A DNA stretch of 64,000 nt from Candidatus Poseidoniales archaeon (GCA_045567915.1 JBJLCA010000039.1:1879-65878), one strand, 5' to 3'; positions 9,453-19,660 are shown, counted from the first letter of the stretch. Numbers and translations are program-made. Notes: generated from the sequence alone by a model not told the origin.

Positions 9453-10967
9453 TTAGTAACTCTCCAATCTTTCAATAATAAATTCTTTGTCCATTGTTGC
9501 TAAGAAGAAGCCTAATCGAGGCCCTCTATCTTTGCCTAACAAAATGTTATATATTATTTTAAAGAATTTTTTAGCAGGTATTTGATTCTTCTCCTGCAAA
9601 TCATAAAAAGAATTATGTATGTTTTCAGGAGTCCATTCGATTTCTTTCATTTTCTCACTCAATAGTGAAATGCACTTTTTTTGTTCACTATTAAAATTAA
9701 TTTCAAGTTTTTCTTTTTGTATTTCAAAGATTACACTTTCAGGTGCATAGTTCTGAATCCACTGCTTTATGCAGTCGACTCTTGCTTTTAGTTTTACCTC
9801 ATCAATCTTGCTTGCTTCTCCAGTTCTTTTGAGTGCTTCTATTATTTCATCCAATTTGGTTTTAGATTGAGATAACGTTACAAGATGCTTGTAAGGTATA
9901 TTATTCGGTTTTTGTTCAGAGATTTCTTTAACTTGACTTAATTCAAATGCTCTTTTATCATTCTCTTCAAGCTCATCTTTATAGTATTCCTGCTCTGTCT
10001 TATCGTACCTATCTACAAGATTTAATAGTCCAAGACCAGGATCAAAATCAATATGTCTATTTGGTTGTGGCCTCATTACAATCCATCTTATAACTTCGGG
10101 TGGCGCCATTGTTAGCATCTCTTCAGCTGAAACAACTAGTCCTGTTGATGAATGCATTGCTCCCTTACCCTTTAAGTGAATCCACTCATATACTAAATCT
10201 AGTGGAGTTTTAGATTCCAAAATTTTTTCAGATAACTTTCTTCCAGTATCATAGCTTCCGCCTTTTGTTGCATGATCTTTTCCAAATGCTTCAAAAGTCA
10301 CTTTCAATATTTTCCATTTTGCAGGCCAGTCAAGTCTCCAGGGCAATTTCCCTTCCCCTTTTGACATATCATTTGTAACTTTATTCCCACTTTTATTCAG
10401 AAAAGTAACGTTAGGCCATTCAAGATTTACAACTTCTCCTTCTGTAAGAGTGCCATCATTATCAAGAAACGTCCATGGGAACCATTTTTTTGGTAACTGA
10501 CGTCCAGAGGTCTTCTCTAATATTTCTCGCGTTTTATCTTTGTTTTCAACGAACAGTTTTGTACATTCTGAAAAATCCCCTTGTTTATAAGAGTTGTAAT
10601 TTTCAACTACTTTTGGAAAAACACCCACAGTTTCTAATGATTTGAAAAATGGCCTTAAAAAGTATTGATCATAACTTCCATTTCCATCCGGGGCTGGTAT
10701 TTCTGCGAGAGGCATTCCAACATATTTGTTGTATATGCTAGAATCTAAAAAAGGATAAACTTTTCTTAAAGGATCTGCATTATCAGCAATATATATTAAT
10801 TCAGCCTTACCGCCTTTATCATTAACAGCCCTTACAATTGCATCAGCTGTAAGTATCTCTCTCATACTTCCAAGATGTATTGGTCCTGAGGGAGTTATCC
10901 CCGAGGAAATAACATGTCTCTTTCCGTCTTTCAACAGTTTTTCGGCAACTACGTCTGCCCAGTGCAT
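9453..10967 (-). CDS. lysS: Lysine--tRNA ligase, class I
   Basis: MHWAD, GITPSGPIHLG (HIGH), GKLPWRLDWPAKW, GKDH, MHSS (KMSKS equivalent), GPRLG. Confidence 0.97.
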   Translation of the reverse strand: MHWADVVAEKLLKDGKRHVISSGITPSGPIHLGSMREILTADAIVRAVNDKGGKAELIYIADNADPLRKVYPFLDSSIYNKYVGMPLAEIPAPDGNGSYDQYFLRPFFKSLETVGVFPKVVENYNSYKQGDFSECTKLFVENKDKTREILEKTSGRQLPKKWFPWTFLDNDGTLTEGEVVNLEWPNVTFLNKSGNKVTNDMSKGEGKLPWRLDWPAKWKILKVTFEAFGKDHATKGGSYDTGRKLSEKILESKTPLDLVYEWIHLKGKGAMHSSTGLVVSAEEMLTMAPPEVIRWIVMRPQPNRHIDFDPGLGLLNLVDRYDKTEQEYYKDELEENDKRAFELSQVKEISEQKPNNIPYKHLVTLSQSKTKLDEIIEALKRTGEASKIDEVKLKARVDCIKQWIQNYAPESVIFEIQKEKLEINFNSEQKKCISLLSEKMKEIEWTPENIHNSFYDLQEKNQIPAKKFFKIIYNILLGKDRGPRLGFFLATMDKEFIIERLESY

Positions 10968-10970
10968 TAC

Positions 10971-11573
10971 TTACTCTCTAACCGGTCTTGCACGAACTAG
11001 AGCTCTCAGTGGCACTTCATTAATTTCATCATCAGCTTTTTTATTTATTAGAACTATGGCTAAGACTGGTATTCCACCTTCTTTTTTCACAAAATCTATC
11101 ACTTCAGTTGTAGTAGATCCAGTACTTACTACATCATCTACGATTACAATATGCTTACCTTCTAATCCAGCGTAATTTGATGCATAATTAGTTTCATTTT
11201 CTTCACTTCTGCTCGGCCTTATCATTCCGAAGTCAAGTCCCAAAATATCTGAAATGATTGTAGCTAAAGGTACTCCATTGTTTGTAATTCCAGCTACCAT
11301 GTCCAGTTCAAATTGTCTATTTTCCTGTTCTTCTAGCACTACATCAGCCATTATTTCAGCAACTGCTTGCATTCTTGTACCAGATACACCTATGGTTCTC
11401 CATCCCACTTTTACGTCTGCAGGTATATTATCCGTAAAATTATCAGATGCTTGCTTAGCCAAAAGCCATTCAACAGTCGCTTGAGACAAATGCATCTCTT
11501 GGCTAATTTCTCTGGCAGAATGTCCTTTACTTTTCAATTCCTTAGCTTTAGCGGACATCTTTTCTATAGACAT
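10971..11573 (-). CDS. gfcR: Orotate phosphoribosyltransferase-like protein with N-terminal HTH (GfcR family)
   Basis: N-terminal HTH (EISQEMHLSQATVEWLL) plus PRPP-binding loop IVDDVVSTGST. Confidence 0.85.
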   Translation of the reverse strand: MSIEKMSAKAKELKSKGHSAREISQEMHLSQATVEWLLAKQASDNFTDNIPADVKVGWRTIGVSGTRMQAVAEIMADVVLEEQENRQFELDMVAGITNNGVPLATIISDILGLDFGMIRPSRSEENETNYASNYAGLEGKHIVIVDDVVSTGSTTTEVIDFVKKEGGIPVLAIVLINKKADDEINEVPLRALVRARPVRE

Positions 11574-11664
11574 AAAATTACCTCAGCTGTTTTGTATTTA
11601 AGAATTTCCTACAAAATGTAAATATCAAATCTTAAATACAATACTCTTGTGCAAACGAATAGAC

Positions 11665-12048
11665 ATGGCACTTTGGCAAGGAAAATCTAAGAGAAAATCT
11701 ACTGGAGGAAGGCTTTCTCCGCACAGCAGCAAGAAGAGATACGAAATAGGTCGTGAGCTTCAGCAAGCTAAGGTTGGTGAATTTACCAAGAAAGTAGCTA
11801 GAGCAAGAGGCGGAGGTAGAAAAGATAGGCTTTTGAAAACAGAATCAGTCTCTCTTACAGATCCAAAGTCTGGAAAAACTGCAGTTTCTAAAATTATAGA
11901 GGTCGTAGAAAATAGTGCAAATCCTAATTATGTTAGGCAGAATATAATTACCAAAGGATCTATTATTTCTACAGAAAAAGGTAATGCAAAAGTAACCTCG
12001 AGACCAGGTCAACACGGTATGGTTAATGCAGTACTAATGAAAGATTGA
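11665..12048 (+). CDS. rps8e: 30S ribosomal protein S8e
   Basis: MALWQGKSKRKSTGGR, NPNYVRQNIITKG, VTSRPGQHG; start at ATG 11665. Confidence 0.97.
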   Translation: MALWQGKSKRKSTGGRLSPHSSKKRYEIGRELQQAKVGEFTKKVARARGGGRKDRLLKTESVSLTDPKSGKTAVSKIIEVVENSANPNYVRQNIITKGSIISTEKGNAKVTSRPGQHGMVNAVLMKD

Positions 12049-12335
12049 TGTCTTCAAAAAAACCTGTAGTAATTTACCCTGAATACTTTGATCATAGACT
12101 AAAGAGATCTGAAGGTCGTAAAGTACCTCTTTCCGAAGCCGTTAAATCACCAAATATTGAAGAATTATCAAGTATATTGTCTAATTTAGGTTGTGACTTT
12201 CAAATAAGCAAGTCTAGTCATCCAAGTAATTGGTCTAAAACGGAAGGTTCACTGAAAGTAAATGCAGACTTTAGTAAAACCCAATTAATTCATAAGTTGG
12301 GTTCGAGTTTGAAAAAATTACGGCAAACTAATTAA
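12045..12335 (+). CDS. srp19: Signal recognition particle protein SRP19
   Basis: VIYPEYFDHRLKRSEGRKVP motif, HPSNW. Confidence 0.93.
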   Translation: MMSSKKPVVIYPEYFDHRLKRSEGRKVPLSEAVKSPNIEELSSILSNLGCDFQISKSSHPSNWSKTEGSLKVNADFSKTQLIHKLGSSLKKLRQTN

Positions 12336-12905
12336 TTACCAAGGTTCATTTTTTACGCCGATTCTGTAGCCAATAATATTCACACCTCGATGTAGGAATG
12401 GGGTAAGAACTAGTATTGTGAAAAGAGGCACCCATCCATCTATAATCCATGAAAGAAGCCAATCTCGCTGAAAAATAAGACATAATAGAAGCGACATAAA
12501 TATGAAATCATACATATCTAAAAGTGCAAATTTCTCTCCTCTCTGAAGGTTTTGTCTTCTTTTGTAGAAAGAAGCAGCCATATCACCAAACAAAGCACCA
12601 AAAGATAGCAAGAAGAATATTGAAATCATAGTAAGAAAATCAGTCCCCCATGGATATTGGTAATTATTTCTTAACAAAAGATGTAGGCCATATCCAACAA
12701 TAAGTCCCCCAATAGTGCCGCCAATTAGTCCACTCCAAGTTTTCCCATCTCCCAAGATTCGGTTTCCATCACTGTACAATTTTCCTTGATCGATGGGATA
12801 TCTTCCGCCTGTTAAAACTGCAATTGTATTTGATAAATAGGCCGGCGCCATAATTAGTAGGACAACAAAGATACACTCAAGAACAGAGTATGATTCTAAA
12901 TTCAC
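12336..12905 (-). CDS. carS: CDP-archaeol synthase
   Basis: PAYLSN, PID, RILGDGKTWSG, GALFGDMAASFYKRR, C-terminal KNEPW. Confidence 0.93.
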   Translation of the reverse strand: MNLESYSVLECIFVVLLIMAPAYLSNTIAVLTGGRYPIDQGKLYSDGNRILGDGKTWSGLIGGTIGGLIVGYGLHLLLRNNYQYPWGTDFLTMISIFFLLSFGALFGDMAASFYKRRQNLQRGEKFALLDMYDFIFMSLLLCLIFQRDWLLSWIIDGWVPLFTILVLTPFLHRGVNIIGYRIGVKNEPW

Positions 12906-13846
12906 TATTTCCCGCCCAATTCACTCTTTAGATTCTCAATTACTTCAACAGGAGTTGGATCTACACCATTTAGTTTTGCGAGCTCAATAGATACCATGTC
13001 TCCAGTGTAAATAGTTTCGAGCATTTTAGCTAACTGGTTGTCAGATTTTGCGAATATTTCCACTAATTTTATATTATTCCAGGCTGTATTTTTGAGAGCC
13101 TCAAATCGGTTTCTTATCTTATCATCTTCATTTTCCTTTCTGATAAGAACTGGTATCATTTTTGGATTTGAATTTGTCCATCCCACAATTTCATTATGGT
13201 TCATTTCAGGTATGACATGATTGAATGCTAATTGCTTTGCATTCTCCTGAATTTGGCATCTCAATCGATATCCAACAGGTTCAAGTGAAGGTTCGGTGTA
13301 GATGCATGGTACTTTACCGAGTAAATTTGAAGCAATATTTTTGATTATATTTTTATCGTAATCCTTTTCGGAGACTTCTTCCACTATTTTTTCTATATTT
13401 GGTATACTTAGTTTGCACATTAAAGGTTTCAGTAATAGAGGCAAAGCAGCCCTAGGCTGATGCCCACTTTCAATTATCGTCTTATCCCAATTATTTTTGT
13501 CTGCTAAATCACCTAATTTACCGCCAGTGGTTATAACTTCTATTTTACAGCCTTTAGAGTGGGCTTCTTTCGCAGCGGAGAGCGTTTCTGCAGTATTCCC
13601 AGAATAGGATATACAAATCACATTATCTTTAGATGAAATCCATGCAGGAATTCCATAGTTGTTCCAAGCAAATATTTCACCTATATTATTATAATTAGCC
13701 AAAGTTTCCATAATTCTTCCACCAATCCCTGAACCTCCCATCCCTGAGATTAATATTTTGTTAGGATATTTGACACCTTCCACAATAATTTTTTCATTGA
13801 GCATATTGAGAAAGTTTTTTGTATCTTCTTCGATAATTGTTCCCAT
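12905..13846 (-). CDS. Bifunctional phosphoglucose/phosphomannose isomerase
   Basis: SIS motifs GMGGSGIGG, SYSGNTAET, QPRAA, QENAK, PEMNHNEIVGW. Confidence 0.92.
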   Translation of the reverse strand: MGTIIEEDTKNFLNMLNEKIIVEGVKYPNKILISGMGGSGIGGRIMETLANYNNIGEIFAWNNYGIPAWISSKDNVICISYSGNTAETLSAAKEAHSKGCKIEVITTGGKLGDLADKNNWDKTIIESGHQPRAALPLLLKPLMCKLSIPNIEKIVEEVSEKDYDKNIIKNIASNLLGKVPCIYTEPSLEPVGYRLRCQIQENAKQLAFNHVIPEMNHNEIVGWTNSNPKMIPVLIRKENEDDKIRNRFEALKNTAWNNIKLVEIFAKSDNQLAKMLETIYTGDMVSIELAKLNGVDPTPVEVIENLKSELGGK

Positions 13847-13963
13847 ACAAGCTTATCATAACAATATGCTATTAAAGGCTAAATTTTATATTTTTGCCAT
13901 CCGAAGCCTTTTATTACCCATTATTATAGGAAACATGTTCTTCAGAGAGCTTAGAGGTAAAAA

Positions 13964-15373
13964 ATGTCAAATAAAAGTATGTCAAAAATGGATATGCGAA
14001 GTGCAATTGTAGCTTTTTCAGTTGTAGCTATGTTAGTAGTATCATTTGGAGTTAGTAATGTAGATGCAGCAGCATCTCCAGTTTCTTTGACTTCAGATAT
14101 CTCTTCAGCAGATATAATGAAAGGTGACTATGTCATAGCAACGATAACAGTTAGCAGTAGCGATAATACTTATCGTAAGATGGAAGTTAAACTCACTGCA
14201 AATTTCCCTAGTGGAATTTCATGGGGTACTATGTTTTTAGATACTGACGAAAATCCTATTTCTGGCGACATGGTTTCCTTGGGTAAACAAGATTCAACAA
14301 CTGTCAAGTTAGCAATTTTCTGTGATGGAGTTTGCGAAGCTGGAGATACTAACACAGTTCAAGTTTATGGTCAAACAGATCCACGTTGGTATGATGGTGG
14401 TGCAGACGGTGATAATTGTGGAAGTACAGACTGCGAAACAGATACAAGTCCCGCATCTAGTTCATCAAATGTTACAAATACACTTTCAATTTCTTTGACT
14501 GCAAGAACTGGTGGATCACACACAGTGGTCTGTGACGCAGCTTCAAGTGAAGGTACTAATCAAATGTTCCATGGTTCGACCTATCAATGGGGATATGATT
14601 TAACTAACACAGGCTGGAACACCGATACTTACACATTTGCGATTTCAGTAAATACGAAAGCTGGAGCTACTGTATCCGATTGGACAGCAAATGCAGGTCT
14701 TAGCACCAAAGAATTGACAGGTCAGAGCGATACTTCAAGTAGCGCAGTTCATGCAGCAGAAGCTAGTATGTCTCTCAAAATTTCAGATACTGCTAGACCT
14801 GGCGTTTATACAATTGGCCTTCTGGTTACAGGTACAAATTCAGGTAATGTTGAAGGTTGTACTTTTGATGTAGTTGTTCCTGAACCTGATCTAGAAGTTT
14901 TGGATACAGACATATCTTTTAGTCACTCTAGTGCATGGATTAATTCTAGGGGCGATTCTCAGAGAGTTACCATTTACGCCAAGATAAGAAATAACGGCGG
15001 GACTATGGATTCAGAGGGTGTACCAGTCACAGACGTAGACGTTATTTTCCTTGTAGATGGATCACAATTAGGTTCAGTGCAGACTATTAGCAGTTTAGAT
15101 TATCAAGAAGAAGTTACACTTCAAGCTTTCTGGAATCCAGGTAGAGCTCATGACAGTAATGAAGTAGGTATACCAATCAAAGTATCTGTGGATCCAAGTG
15201 TTAGCGTTCAAGAAAGTGACGCAGATAATAATATTGGTTCAACACATTTCAAAGTAGTAAAGACTAAAGCAAGCAATCCTTCATTTTACATGAGTTTCTT
15301 GTCACTTGTTGGTGCAGTTGGTGCAGCAGTATTGATGTCAACTTATTATAGAAATAAAGATTTAGAAGAATAA
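13964..15373 (+). CDS. Secreted Ig-like/CARDB-domain surface protein with C-terminal membrane anchor
   Basis: Signal peptide ending VDAA; Ser/Thr-rich beta domains; CARDB motifs PDLEV, IRNNG, VDP..ESDADNN; C-terminal TM. Confidence 0.75.
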   Translation: MSNKSMSKMDMRSAIVAFSVVAMLVVSFGVSNVDAAASPVSLTSDISSADIMKGDYVIATITVSSSDNTYRKMEVKLTANFPSGISWGTMFLDTDENPISGDMVSLGKQDSTTVKLAIFCDGVCEAGDTNTVQVYGQTDPRWYDGGADGDNCGSTDCETDTSPASSSSNVTNTLSISLTARTGGSHTVVCDAASSEGTNQMFHGSTYQWGYDLTNTGWNTDTYTFAISVNTKAGATVSDWTANAGLSTKELTGQSDTSSSAVHAAEASMSLKISDTARPGVYTIGLLVTGTNSGNVEGCTFDVVVPEPDLEVLDTDISFSHSSAWINSRGDSQRVTIYAKIRNNGGTMDSEGVPVTDVDVIFLVDGSQLGSVQTISSLDYQEEVTLQAFWNPGRAHDSNEVGIPIKVSVDPSVSVQESDADNNIGSTHFKVVKTKASNPSFYMSFLSLVGAVGAAVLMSTYYRNKDLEE

Positions 15374-15390
15374 TTCGAGTCTTTTTGTAG

Positions 15391-17172
15391 ATGAAAAAAG
15401 CCCTAACAGGTCCAGATATTGGCCACTTAGTCAAGGGATGGCAGCCTTTAATCGGTTCACGTGTAGATCAATTTGGTCGGCCAGAGTTAAATAAAATAGT
15501 TCTCAAATTACGTTCAAGAGAAAAGGGCACTGTAAGATTACTAATTGATTTGTCAGGTTGGGCCTACCTTACCAGGGAAACAATAAGCACAGAATCAAAT
15601 CAAGGAGTTTTCGTTCAAAAGGTTCGTAAGCTTATTAAGAAATCTAGAATTGAATCAATAGAGCAAATAAATGGAGATAGAATATTATCGGTTTCATTTA
15701 TAAGAAAAGAGCAAAAAGTAAATTTAATTTTTGAAATGTTCCATAAAGGTAACATAGTATTGTGTACAGATGATAAAATATCTGCCGTAATGAGGAAACA
15801 GAAATTTAGGCATAGGTCCCTCGAAGCCGGATTACCATATCAATCACCGCCAAGTATTGATCCCTTTGCTGTTGATTATGATACTTTCAAAAATAAGCTA
15901 ATTAGCTCTCAAAGAGGCTTAGGTGCTGCATTGACAATTGATTGTAATGTTGGCGGAGACATATCGACATTAATATGTAATAATTTAGATATTGGTAAAG
16001 ATGTTAGTATTTCAGAGGCATCAGTCCAAGAGATATATGATGAATTGAAAAGAATTTTAAATGAAGTTATAGAGCCGACTATCTTTCTTGATTCAGAAGG
16101 GAATAATTTTACAGTTTCCTCATTTGATTTAGGTATGAATTCAAAGGAAACTTTTTCATCTCTTGATGAGGCAGTGGAGAGATATGTTTCTAGTATTGTA
16201 GTATTAAAGAAAGAAGTTAAGAGTTCAGATGAAGTCCGTGTAGACCATCAGAACAAAGCAATAGAAAAATATATTTTGAAGTCTAAAGATTTTAGAGAAA
16301 AGGGTAATACTGTTTTTTCCAGATTAAATGAAATTAGAGAGATGATTGACTATGAGAATGATGACGATGAAGTAGTAATTAAGATAGGTGATAGTAATAT
16401 CTGGATTGATAAGAGAAAGTCGCTTGAAGCAAATGCCTCCTCGTATTTTGACAAATCTAAGGAAATGGATAGGAAGGCTGAAAGGACAAGAGAAGTCATA
16501 GCATCTAAACCAATTTCAAAGCCCAAAAAGAAAATAGTGAAGAATCAGAATCTTGAGTGGTTCGAGCGTTTCAGATGGTTTATAACTACAGATGGAGAAA
16601 TTGCAGTTGGAGGCAAGGATGCTAGATCTAATGAGCAGGTTGTTAAGAAGTATTTAAAAAATAACGACAGATATGCTCACGCTGACATTCACGGAGCTCC
16701 TAGTATTGTTGTTAAAAATATCAATGGAACTCAACCATCAGAACAATCAATGCTAGAAGCTTGTAATTTCAGTTTATCTTATAGTAAAGCATGGGGTGCT
16801 CGAGTATCTGGAGGTCATTCATTTTGGGTAGAGAATGACAAGGTTTCTAAGACGCCTAATACAGGTGAATTCCTTGCAAAAGGTGCATTTGTTATTAGGG
16901 GAAAAAGAAATTGGCACCGTAATCTTGAGCTGAATGTGGCGATTGGCCTGATTTCATACGATGGTAATTTGAAATTTATGGGTGGGCCAATAAGTTCAAT
17001 TGAGAAGCATTCAGAAAAATATGTGATTTTTAGGCCAGGTTTTACGGAAAGAAAGATAGTTATTCGTAAACTTTCTGAGGCATTTAGTGCAGAATCCACT
17101 GATATTGAAAAATTGTTACCAAGCGGCGGATTTGATTTGGTAAGATCTAAAGGTATTGAACTGAAATTATAG
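15391..17172 (+). CDS. rqcH: Ribosome rescue protein RqcH/Rqc2 (NFACT family)
   Basis: EQINGDRIL, EMFHKGNIVL, WFERFRWF, GGKDARSNE, HADIHGAPS, GAFVIRG. Confidence 0.93.
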   Translation: MKKALTGPDIGHLVKGWQPLIGSRVDQFGRPELNKIVLKLRSREKGTVRLLIDLSGWAYLTRETISTESNQGVFVQKVRKLIKKSRIESIEQINGDRILSVSFIRKEQKVNLIFEMFHKGNIVLCTDDKISAVMRKQKFRHRSLEAGLPYQSPPSIDPFAVDYDTFKNKLISSQRGLGAALTIDCNVGGDISTLICNNLDIGKDVSISEASVQEIYDELKRILNEVIEPTIFLDSEGNNFTVSSFDLGMNSKETFSSLDEAVERYVSSIVVLKKEVKSSDEVRVDHQNKAIEKYILKSKDFREKGNTVFSRLNEIREMIDYENDDDEVVIKIGDSNIWIDKRKSLEANASSYFDKSKEMDRKAERTREVIASKPISKPKKKIVKNQNLEWFERFRWFITTDGEIAVGGKDARSNEQVVKKYLKNNDRYAHADIHGAPSIVVKNINGTQPSEQSMLEACNFSLSYSKAWGARVSGGHSFWVENDKVSKTPNTGEFLAKGAFVIRGKRNWHRNLELNVAIGLISYDGNLKFMGGPISSIEKHSEKYVIFRPGFTERKIVIRKLSEAFSAESTDIEKLLPSGGFDLVRSKGIELKL

Positions 17173-17220
17173 ATTACAGTTTATGCAGCTGTGATAATCT
17201 ATTTTGTAGAATTGAATAAG

Positions 17221-17307
17221 TGGTGCGGGGGGAGGGATTTGAACCCTCGTACCACTAAGGACAAGGCCCTCAACCTTGCGCAATTGGCCTGGCTATGCGA
17301 CCCTCGC
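17221..17307 (-). tRNA. tRNA-Leu(GAG)
   Basis: Reverse complement folds as cloverleaf; anticodon arm CAAGG-TT-GAG-GG-CCTTG; long variable arm; GGTTCAAATCC; encoded CCA. Confidence 0.95.
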
Positions 17308-17309
17308 AC

Positions 17310-18167
17310 TTATGCGGCAGCGTCAATACTGGTCATGAAATCTTTACAATGTGTATCCAAAGATTTCAGTGCTTGCTCTAGAGCTAATTTAGCTTCCATT
17401 GCACCAGTCGTTTCAAATTCTAAAATAAAGTGTGTTTTGTTACGTGTAACAGTCATAGCATTATTTGCATCTTCATCATTCCATAATGATTCTAATTTCT
17501 TAATTGCTTCGTGAGCTGCAACAGGATCTTCAATAACGTGATTCTTACCTTTCTTTTTGAAATGTTCTTTGCCTACAGTATCAATGACAGTTTTGCTACC
17601 TTTTCCGGAAGAAACAGTTAGTGTTGGCGCCTGGTAAAATCTAGGAGCTACTGCAGTTTGCCACTTTGCGTGCTGCTTTGCAGTTCCCATTTTTGCTTTT
17701 GCATAGACTAGAATAGCTTGTCCTTCAGCAAGCTTTACAATAGGAACACTTGTCTCAGGAATGACTAAAGATGAATCGCCATTTACGGGTTCTAAGTCTC
17801 CAGAATAAACAGTGCATGGGCCTTGTTTATGTAAGGAATACATAATGTCAGGTTGTTTTGAATCATCACCTATGCTACCGCCAAAAGCTTCGACAGTTTT
17901 TTCATCAGTTGGTATAGGTAACATTCCGATACGATGTGCTACAATTTCATTGAACATTGCACTAATTGATTCATATTCTTTTTCTTCACCACTTTCTTCG
18001 TCGATATAAGCTCCTAATGAACCCATGTGAAAGTCAACTTCATGTATAGCTAAGCAAGGAACCATAGAAACTAAAGATCTACGAATTGAATTAACAAATG
18101 AATAGTTTACATCTTCAAATTCCACTTGTGCAAAGTATTTTTCACTTTTTCTTAATTTTACTTTCAT
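17310..18167 (-). CDS. rpoD: DNA-directed RNA polymerase subunit D (Rpo3)
   Basis: NSIRRSL, NEIVAHRIGMLPI, VYSGDL, PIVKL, HAKWQ; follows rps13-rps4-rps11. Confidence 0.96.
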   Translation of the reverse strand: MKVKLRKSEKYFAQVEFEDVNYSFVNSIRRSLVSMVPCLAIHEVDFHMGSLGAYIDEESGEEKEYESISAMFNEIVAHRIGMLPIPTDEKTVEAFGGSIGDDSKQPDIMYSLHKQGPCTVYSGDLEPVNGDSSLVIPETSVPIVKLAEGQAILVYAKAKMGTAKQHAKWQTAVAPRFYQAPTLTVSSGKGSKTVIDTVGKEHFKKKGKNHVIEDPVAAHEAIKKLESLWNDEDANNAMTVTRNKTHFILEFETTGAMEAKLALEQALKSLDTHCKDFMTSIDAAA

Positions 18168-18550
18168 TAAACTCTCCTACCTCTTCTACCGCCTTTAGCT
18201 TTTCCACCATCGTGCGGAATTGGTGTAACATCATCAATGCGTGAAATAGTCATACCTGCCCTAGCCAATGTACGAATTGCAGCTTGAGCTCCAGGACCAG
18301 GAGTCCCTCCTCTTTTGCCTCCGGCACCTCTCAGCTTAACATGAACTTCCTTTATTCCTCTTTCTTGTAAAGCCTCAGCAACTTGTCCAGCAGCTAGCAT
18401 AGCTGCATGTGGTCTTGATTCCTCTCTTTGTGACCTTACTACCATACCTCCAGAGCATTTTGCAATAGTTTCAGCTCCAGTAGAATCAGTAGCTGTAATA
18501 ATTATGTTATTGTGTGATGCAAATATATGTGCAACCGCCCATTTATCCAT
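18167..18550 (-). CDS. rps11: 30S ribosomal protein S11
   Basis: [36 protein letters not shown]. Confidence 0.98.
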   Translation of the reverse strand: MDKWAVAHIFASHNNIIITATDSTGAETIAKCSGGMVVRSQREESRPHAAMLAAGQVAEALQERGIKEVHVKLRGAGGKRGGTPGPGAQAAIRTLARAGMTISRIDDVTPIPHDGGKAKGGRRGRRV

Positions 18551-19197
18551 TATTTGGACCCCTCTTTGTTTTCATCTTTCTTTTCAGTTCCTTTTTCTTC
18601 AGCTTTAGTTTCCTTATCTTCGGTTTTTGGTTCTTCCTTAGCCTCTTCTTCAGCTGTTTCTTCATCTTCATATGATGCTTTTGCACCTGGCCTAACAGGA
18701 TGTAAATCGCTGTTTAATGCAGATGATGGAGAATAAGTAATATTTTTTTCTTGAGTTTTAGTTACAATCATACCTGGTACTCTGTTTACAGCACCTTCGA
18801 CGGAAATGTGACCATGGATAATTAGCTGTCTTGACTGTTTTACAGTTGAAGCTAAACCTTGTAAATAAACTTGAGTTTGTAATCTTCTATCTAAAATATT
18901 TTCAGGAGCCATTCTTAGAACGTCTTCCAAAGCAGCTCCCTGCTCTAGCATTCCTAGTCTACTCAATTTATTCAGAAGAAGAGTTTTTTCCTTTTGAGCT
19001 TGTTCATCATTAGCCTTAGCAGTGAGTTTCCTTGCTTGACGACGCATTTCACGGACTTTGGTATCTGCCTTCCAAATTTCTTTCTTGGATTTTAGACCAT
19101 ATTGATGTGTAAGAGTTCTTTCTTGCTCTATACGGGTTTTTTGCCAAGGATGTGAAGGTGTGTTGTAGTGCTTACTAGGAAATTTTGGATCACCCAT
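18550..19197 (-). CDS. rps4: 30S ribosomal protein S4
   Basis: [32 protein letters not shown]. Confidence 0.98.
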   Translation of the reverse strand: MGDPKFPSKHYNTPSHPWQKTRIEQERTLTHQYGLKSKKEIWKADTKVREMRRQARKLTAKANDEQAQKEKTLLLNKLSRLGMLEQGAALEDVLRMAPENILDRRLQTQVYLQGLASTVKQSRQLIIHGHISVEGAVNRVPGMIVTKTQEKNITYSPSSALNSDLHPVRPGAKASYEDEETAEEEAKEEPKTEDKETKAEEKGTEKKDENKEGSK

Positions 19198-19201
19198 TTA
19201 T

Positions 19202-19660
19202 CTATGCTCCTCCTTTCCTCTTGCTTACACCTAATGCTAAACCGCGACGACCGTTCGAATAAGTTCTTTGGCCACGTACCTTATGTCCTGAAGCATGTCT
19301 TACACCTTTGTAAGATTTAGTCTTTTTCATTCGATTTATATCATCTTCGTGAAGCATTTTCAAGTCAATGCTTACAGGATGCATATTATCTCCAGTATCA
19401 TAATCTTTTTGACGATTCAATAGCCATGTAGGTGCAAAATCACTTACATTTTGAATGGCCTTCTCAATATCTTTAACATTTTTATCAGTTAGTTCACCAG
19501 CTAGTTTTTCACTATCTAACTTTAGATTTTGAATAATAGCGTTACTAATTCTAGAACCAATGCCTCGAATTGAGGTTAGAGCGTAACCTAGCCTTTGCTC
19601 TCCTGAAACGTCTGAGTTTGCTATGCGAATTATATATTTGAAATCTGGGTCTTCGGACAC
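19202..19660 (-). CDS. rps13: 30S ribosomal protein S13
   Basis: IRGIG, PTWLLNRQKD, YKGVRH, VRGQRT; GTG start with GAGGT SD. Confidence 0.98.
   Translation of the reverse strand: MSEDPDFKYIIRIANSDVSGEQRLGYALTSIRGIGSRISNAIIQNLKLDSEKLAGELTDKNVKDIEKAIQNVSDFAPTWLLNRQKDYDTGDNMHPVSIDLKMLHEDDINRMKKTKSYKGVRHASGHKVRGQRTYSNGRRGLALGVSKRKGGA

Noticed and set aside
17191..17514. 107-aa plus-strand ORF
   Set aside because: Antisense to tRNA-Leu and rpoD
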